Positions 56,253 through 64,000 of a stretch of DNA of 64,000 nt are shown here, in pieces. Under the pieces are notes generated by a model, which saw nothing but the letters and a program-made list of their open reading frames with translations, was not told the origin of the DNA and made no database searches. The stretch lies in the NCBI GenBank assembly GCA_964016885.1, contig OZ024741.1:119660001-119724000 (forward strand). The letters run 5' to 3'. Every line of letters begins with the position of its first letter. Within the stretch, counting starts at the first letter, position 1. Source of the DNA: Eledone cirrhosa. Lineage: Eukaryota. Both the position numbers and the translations under genes were made by a program.

Positions 56253-56515
56253 GTGTATGTGTGTATATATATGTATATGTATATGTATGTATGTGTATGT
56301 TTGTATATATATATATGTGTATATATATGTATATATATATGGATAGATATATATGTTTATATGTGTGTGTATGTATATGTATGTACCTATATATATGTGT
56401 GTGTGTGTGTATGTATGTGCATATATGTATATATGTGTGTACATATGTGTATGTTTCTGTATGTGTATATGTATGTATGTATGTAGATGTATGTGTATAT
56501 ATATGTATATATATG

Positions 56516-56546
<31 letters not shown>

Positions 56547-56637
56547 ATATGTGTCTTTATGTGCTCGCGTGTACGCATATATATATGTATATATGTATGT
56601 GTGTATGTATGTGTGTGTATATATATGTATATACATA

Positions 56638-56714
<77 letters not shown>

Positions 56715-56865
56715 ATGTATGTGTATATATGTATGTGTGTATGTATGTACTTGTATGTGTATGTGTATGTGTATGTATGTGTATATATATATAGATATAT
56801 ATGTATGTGTATATGTGTGTATGTGTCTGTATGTGTTTATGTGTACATATATGTATATGTATATG

Positions 56866-56958
<93 letters not shown>

Positions 56959-57100
56959 ATGCCTCTCTCTATATGTGTATATATATACATATGTATGTGT
57001 GTATGTATGTGTGTGTGTGTATGCATCTATGTGTGAACGGAGGTATATATACGGACATATGTATATATGTGTGTGTGTGTGTGTGTGTTTATACACGTGC

Positions 57101-57131
<31 letters not shown>

Positions 57132-57205
57132 CGTGTATGTGTATATATGTATATTTAGTTATGTATCTTTATGTGTATATGTATGTATGTGTATGTATGT
57201 ATATG

Positions 57206-57271
<66 letters not shown>

Positions 57272-57323
57272 TGTGTGTATATATATATGTGTGTGTGCAT
57301 GTGCGTGTATATGTATATATATG

Positions 57324-57355
<32 letters not shown>

Positions 57356-58134
57356 TACCCATGTGGAGGTATGAGTACATATTCGTGTGTGTACGTATGT
57401 GTATGTGTGTTTTTATATGTGTCTCTATATGTTTTTGTGTATGTATGTGGATGTATTTGTACATGGGTGTGTGATTGATGGTGGGTGCCTATATATTCCT
57501 ACATATGCCCGTGTGTGTATGTACGTATATACGCACATATGTGTGTGTTGAACAAAGGACTAATTTTGGGATGGACGTAGAAAAATTCTTCAGAAAAAAA
57601 AAAATTATTTACAAACTTGACAGGTACGATTTGCCTGTGACCATTCTCAACACAAAAGGAATACTAAAAGCTTTTTCCCCTGAATAAAGGAATTTTTCGA
57701 GAATGACCGGGGCAGGCCGCACTTGCTACATTTCTCCCCACCCAACCCTACTCACCGTCTCAACTCATTACTGCTATTAACACTTTTTCAACACACCTAC
57801 ACCCATACACTTATTAAAGGGGGAGAAAAGAAACCCCACCACACCACAGACATGTTAAATCCCTATATATAGAACAACACACCACATACACATCAGTTTG
57901 ACAAGCGCACCTCAGCGTGAAAGGTCGTTCTAAAAACGAAACAATACCTCCTACGTTAACCAAGTACTCCTAAGACCTAACCAACAACCAACAACTTAAT
58001 TTATAAAATAATTTTTTTTAAGGAAAAAAAATTTTTTTCTAATCCGGAAAAAAATTCTTTTTGGATTTTGTGAAGAAAATAAATTTGTTGAAAGCACAAG
58101 TGAAGCCATTTTTTCTTCCCTCCTGTCTTAATAT
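54863..58134 (+). mobile_element. 5'-truncated Neptune-like PLE with an inverted pseudo-LTR at its 5' end
   Basis: 54863-55218 is the reverse complement of 57760-58134; ORF 55246-55932 is homologous to the C-terminus of 51855-54041; internal TA/TG microsatellite at ~56020-57550. Confidence 0.85.
55246..55932 (+). CDS. PLE GIY-YIG C-terminal fragment
   Basis: [38 protein letters not shown]...H. Confidence 0.8.
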   Translation: MKLINAAISKAKNIPITTLRKPNPQHTKENPAISFVITHNPGNINIVKTAKQYLPILQQSTKMNALLKNTQIIYSRRQAPNLKKLNTKAKFTTNMESMQVTKCGDPRYGTCELIEEGKQLSFKNHDNFKVNANMNCKTKNLIYCATCPQCKEYYIGETGMGLHDRVRVHKQQIKDPTVRNTTCSAHFASCGKGKFTIFPFFKIWSDNEHFRRYKEEFFIEKFKHEKMN

Positions 58135-58181
58135 ACCTAACTGTACCAAGGATTACACACATTTTCCAATATATACATATA

Positions 58182-58266
<85 letters not shown>

Positions 58267-58312
58267 ACATATATGTATATATATATATACATATATATAT
58301 GTATATATATAC

Positions 58313-58343
<31 letters not shown>

Positions 58344-58512
58344 TATATACATGTATATACATATATATATATATATATACATATATATATGTATATATAT
58401 ATATGTATATACATATATATATATGCATATACATATATATATGTATATACATACATACATATATATATATGTATATACATACATATATACATACATATAT
58501 ATATATGTATAT

Positions 58513-58634
<122 letters not shown>

Positions 58635-58637
58635 TCA

Positions 58638-59610
58638 TCTATATATATAAAGCTGTGGTTGTCTGTCTGTCTATCGATTTTTGGCACACATCTCCTCTTA
58701 GAATCTCTGACGGAATTGCACCGAAATTGCTATACTTGTACATTGAGCCCTAGCGAAGACATCGGAAAAAAATATTTCAAATTGACCCACCCTATGTGAC
58801 GAAATCGAATCTAATGTATCGATTTTTGAGCGTAAGTGACGAGTTATTTCCCTTTGTTCTGTTTACATTGAGCGTCTGCGTGCAAAAATTAAAAAAATTA
58901 CGCTGGCTTTCTCAGCGTTTAAAATGACATTAACACAATACACGAACAGTTGTCGAGCCAGCAAAATTTTGACCTGCAAAATTCATCAGTTCGAACACTA
59001 AGCTTCCGTTTTGCTTCATTTCCATTTAAAAGCCTTTTAAAACAATATTTTTACTTGAAAACATGTCTATTTAAAGACTACGTAAAACAAGCAAATATTT
59101 CGTAAAAAAAAGCAAAAATTATATAAGTTTATTTAAAATATATGTATCTGTAAATTTCGTTAGGCATGCAGACAGACAGTCGTGCAGACAGACAGTCGTG
59201 CAGAGAGGTGATATACGCGTGCAGACAGACAGTCGTGCAGAGAGGTGATATACGCGTGCAGACAGATAGTCGTGCAGAGAGGTGATATAGGCGTGCAGAC
59301 AGACATAACTGATAATTTGGTTACGCTAATGTTTTTCTCTGCGTTGCAGTGTTTACATTTTCGATCTTTGTTAATAAATAACCAGTGCAGTTTTTATCCC
59401 CAGCATCCTCTTTTGTTATAACATTCGGGTTATCGTTATGTTTTCTTAACTTCATAAGGCATATTGTTGGTTGAGGGAATATTAATCAAAAACACCACAT
59501 GCAAGTCTGCACAGTAGACACTACAGTTTTTAAGCCAAAAAAGAAACTTAACATTGTAACTTTAACACAGCTACTGAGCGACCCCGAGCAACGCCGGGCT
59601 TTACTGCTAG
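58638..59610 (+). mobile_element. Non-autonomous Helitron (973 bp)
   Basis: A|TCTATATATATAAAG 5' end with (CTGT)n; 3' hairpin cccgagcaacgccggg followed by CTAG|T; no TSD; internal minisatellite at 59167-59305. Confidence 0.85.
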
Positions 59611-59617
59611 TATAAAA

Positions 59618-60056
59618 TAAAATAAAGTTAAATAAAAAGTAAAATGATTAAAATTTAGTTTCGTTTATTACTGCTATATATATTTCAGTGACAGCCATCT
59701 TTGGCTGTGACCTCTTCAGGCAGTTTGAATTAGTATGGTATAGACAAGTACATATGTTGTTGAGGTGTATAATATTGTCAATACTCTGATATGCCCAGTT
59801 CCTGGTTGGGTTGTTATTTCACTGAAGAACTGGAATCATATCAGTTCCTCAGTGAAATAACAACCCAACCAGGAACTGGGCATATCAGAGTATTGACAAT
59901 ATTATACACCTCAACAACATATGTACTTGTCTACACCATATTAATTCAAACTGCCTGAAGAGGTCACAGTCAAAGATCGCTGTCACTGAAATATATATAG
60001 CAGTAATAAACGAAGCTAAATTTTAATCATTTGACTTTTTATTTAACTTTATTTTA
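59618..60056. mobile_element. Inverted pair of PLE pseudo-LTRs (~215-bp arms), each with a hammerhead
   Basis: 59618-59832 versus 59842-60056; HHRs at 59670-59724(-) and 59950-60004(+): actgc CTGAAGA ..GAAA tatata TA gcagt. Confidence 0.8.
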
Positions 60057-60154
60057 CAATACTCCGGAGTAACCAAACCAACCTGCGCACTTCGTCAAGT
60101 GCTCCAGCCTGCATACTGAGGTGTTGGTATACAACCAACATAAACTCAAAATCT

Positions 60155-60200
<46 letters not shown>

Positions 60201-60204
<4 letters not shown>

Positions 60205-60575
60205 GATATTAACAAATGGAAACTATATTTATAAAACCATATTTATTTCATTATACATATTTCAAGGACACCAAGTTAAATTATGGTGTGCTTTCATCAG
60301 ATAAAATACAATATAGATCAGTTTTATAAATAAATATTGACATACCCTTAAAAAATGCAACCATTACTGTTGGAAGCTCCCGGATAAACTCTCCGGGAAC
60401 TTCCAACAGTAATGGTTGCATTTTTTAAGGGTATGTCAATATTTATTTATAAAACTGATCTATATTGTATTTTATCTGATGAAAGCACACCATAATTTAA
60501 CTTGGTGTCCTTGAAATATGTATAATGAAATAAATATGGTTTTATAAATATAGTTTCCATTTGTTAATATCGTAT
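60201..60575. mobile_element. Inverted pair of PLE pseudo-LTRs (~184-bp arms), each with a hammerhead
   Basis: 60201-60384 versus 60392-60575; HHRs at 60246-60306(-) and 60470-60530(+). Confidence 0.8.
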
Positions 60576-60656
60576 TTTTACTCCAAATATTTGTTGAGTG
60601 CTTTATATCAGTTATAAAAATATTTGCTTGTTGTATCCCAACAATTTAAATAGAAC

Positions 60657-60848
<192 letters not shown>

Positions 60849-60879
60849 GTATATACATATGTATATACATATGTATATA

Positions 60880-63830
60880 TATAGAAAACGGAGAATTAAC
60901 CTGAAGGACCACAGAAGAAATTTTGAAATTGAACTACCAGTCAGACTCATTGCAGCATCTAAATCGGACGTAGGCATAATTAGCAAACATATATTAGATA
61001 GAATTATACCACTACATGAAGTAAAATCGCACCTTAAACTATGGAACGGTACTAATGAAGTTATAGATTGGTTCAATAACATAAAATTAAAACATAACAA
61101 AAAATTCATTCAAATGGATATTGCGAATTATTACTCCTCTATTACTCCTAGTTTACTTAATAAGGCACTTATCTACGCGTCTAAATATACAGACTTATCT
61201 AGTGATGAAATGAATATAATTCTAACAGCACGTAAAACACTAATAGAATTTAATAATCATCTCTGGACAAGTGCCGACAGAAATAAACAATTTTGATATC
61301 ACTATGGGATCATCTGACTCTGCGCAACTTACAAACCTCGTTGGATTATTTATTAATAATGTACTGCATAGGAAAATGCCAGAGATGACCGGAGGTTTAT
61401 ATCGTGACCATATGTTGCTTTTAACTGGAAACCATAGCAATAGTGAAATTAATAGGAAAAGAAAATCCATAATACAATTTTTCAACAACTACAATCTTAA
61501 GTTAGAAATAGAGAATGACTATAAAATCGTTAACTTCTTAGTTGTAACTTTAAACCTTAGCACAGGTCTTTACTATCCTTTCCATAAAATTAACGAAAAT
61601 CTAAATTATGTAAGTTTCAATTCTAATCATCCTAGAAGTATTAAAAATACTATTGTCAATAGCGTCCAACAACGGATTTCACGCATCTCCGCTAATAAAA
61701 ATATTTTTGATGATATTATAATGAAACTTTACATAGAGCAGGATACTCAAATAGAATTAAATACGTAGATAACAATAACATGACATATCATCCTAGTATT
61801 AACTTAAACACTAAACCAAACAAAAAAAAACTAGAACTAGAAATATTATTTGGTACTCTCCCCCATTCTCATTAAGCGTTAAAACACCTTTAGCAAAGCT
61901 ATTCTTTAATGAACTAGATAAATGTTTTCCTAAAGCCCACAGATATCACTCTATTTTTAATAGACACACTATAAAACTATCCTACTCTACTACTATGAAC
62001 ACAGTACAAAATATAAATAGAATTCATAATAGAAACTTAAATTTAAACCCTAACCAATCTAACCAAAATAGCAATAATAATATTTCTAACAACAATATTC
62101 AGAATAACAGTACCGTTCTGAACAACAATAACTCCAGTAAATGTAACTGTAGAATCAAATCAAACTGCCCTTTACAAAATAATTGCTTAGACAAAAACAT
62201 AGTTTATAAATGCACAGTTAAAACTAGAGACAAAATGTTTATCTATGTTGGTGCCACTTCAACAAAATTCAAAGAACGTTGGAATAACCATAATCATACA
62301 TTTAGGAGATCTGATAAAAAATATTCTACTTCACTTTCACATCTTATTTGGAATTTAAAAGACAACAATATAGACTATTCAATATCTTGGAGAACGATTT
62401 CGAAAGCACCTGCATACCGAAATACTACTTTATCAAAATTCTGTAAATTGTGTATCGAAGACATTTTTTATATAATTAACTGTCAAAACTCTATTAATCT
62501 CAGAACAGAATTATTTTCTTCCTGCAAACATCGCCAAAATTCCACGTTCAGAACTATTTTTAATTTATAATATTCCTATACACCTTCAAAATTATTCTAC
62601 CTTTTTAAAAATTTAAATGTAAATTTTTTAATATTTTTAATATTTTTAATATTTTTTTAATATTTTTAATATTTCAAACATTTTTTAATATCTCTAATAT
62701 TTATAATATTTTTAATATATATATTTAATATTTTAATTTCCGACATTATTTTAATTCTGACATTATTTTTAATTCCGACATTATTTTTCTAAGGGCACCC
62801 CTATAAATATATTTTTAGATGTAGATTGATAATCTTTAAATGACATTCTGAAAATTTATCCTCTTTTACGATAGATCTTCGAAAAACACATTACATTTTT
62901 CCTCTCTCTTTTTGTTATTCAAACATTCACACATCTTTCGACTAAAATAATGGATCTCACATAAAATAGTATATAATTTTCTCTATATATTTTGGAGTAA
63001 ATCATTCATCTAATTTAATGGTTAACAAACAAAGAATTTGAGTTATCTTTCCTTTCTCAATCGTGCAAACATAAACATAGTATGTTTGATAATCTGTATA
63101 GCTTCGCTAAATTAACAATATTCTGAAAACATTTTCAATGTTGAACAAAATTTTTGAATCCACAAATTGTTCTACTCTCACAATTTGAACCACCTATTTT
63201 TAAGTAAAATACAAATTCAACTTCCTTCGTAACTCATATTTGATATATAAACAACTAATATATACGCAATTTATTAATATATATATATATATTTATATAC
63301 ATATAACCTATCGTAATGTAATAAGATAAAAATACAACCATAATTCTTCATTTAATCTAATTGATTATATATACAATATTATAACTCATAATATAGGTAA
63401 ATAAATCTTTTCCCCCAAATTAACGTAAATGCTAGCTCTTCTTCCTTTCTCTTCTTTCCTATGCATACAATAACTTATCATAGTTATTTAAATTTTCCAT
63501 AGCGTCTAAAATAACGTTTTTTTCAGCCCTTTTACCTAAACCTCATTTGCATACTCATCTTAATAATTTGAAATATCTAACTTTTATTCTCTTTTCCCTT
63601 CATTATCCAAGGATAACTTGAACCGTTAAGGTATATTCTCCTTGGTTATGTCAACATTTATAAAACACACTTCGTATTTTATCTGATGATAGCGTACCAA
63701 CATTTTGGTACCCTTGAAATATATATAATAGAATAAATATGGTTTTATAAATATAGTTTCCATTTATTTAATATCATTGTATATTATACTCCAGAAAAAA
63801 CATTTATATTTGTTGAATTACCAACAAATT
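60880..63830 (+). mobile_element. Penelope-like element (Naiad-like), 5'-truncated and frameshifted
   Basis: LKDH..RLIAASKSD..FIQMDI, FDITMGS, GGLYRD, SNHP, CNCR..CPL, YVG..FKER..H, CKLC.E, CKH; HHR at 63677-63733. Confidence 0.9.
63677..63733 (+). ncRNA. Type I hammerhead ribozyme
   Basis: ttttat CTGATGA tagc-gtaccaa-catt-ttggtac-cctt GAAA tatata TA atagaa. Confidence 0.8.
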
Positions 63831-63844
63831 GAATATCCCTTTTG

Positions 63845-63883
<39 letters not shown>

Positions 63884-64000
63884 ATACTTGGGGAGGGTCA
63901 TATTTGTGTAATATTGCCAGAATTAATAACAGAACACACTCACTGTTTGGTTGGTTTTCGCTTCTCGCTGTCTTTTATATCTATAATCTGACTTACTCGG

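Overview
AT-rich animal genomic DNA, probably cephalopod/octopus-like (inferred from the repeat types, not confirmed). The only host gene recognised is the last two coding exons of DIS3/RRP44 (2202-2324 and 5045-5125, + strand). The rest is retroelements set in long (TA)n/(TATG) arrays: a CR1 fragment, two RTE LINE families (one with a PHD-type finger inside the RT), SINEs, about eight Penelope-like elements (PLEs; RT + C-terminal GIY-YIG; Naiad-like and Neptune-like), a non-autonomous Helitron and a TG..CA TIR element. The Tyr/Ile-repeat ORFs are microsatellite artefacts. The strongest hidden signal is about 20 type I hammerhead ribozyme (HHR) motifs found by eye, some of them degenerate. They include a recurrent U3-A8 core variant and compensatory stem II changes between copies. 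Two short non-coding, terminally redundant HHR units (320 and 524 bp periods) look like reverse-transcribed circular-RNA retrozymes. All folds and family assignments are by inspection and need computational or experimental confirmation.
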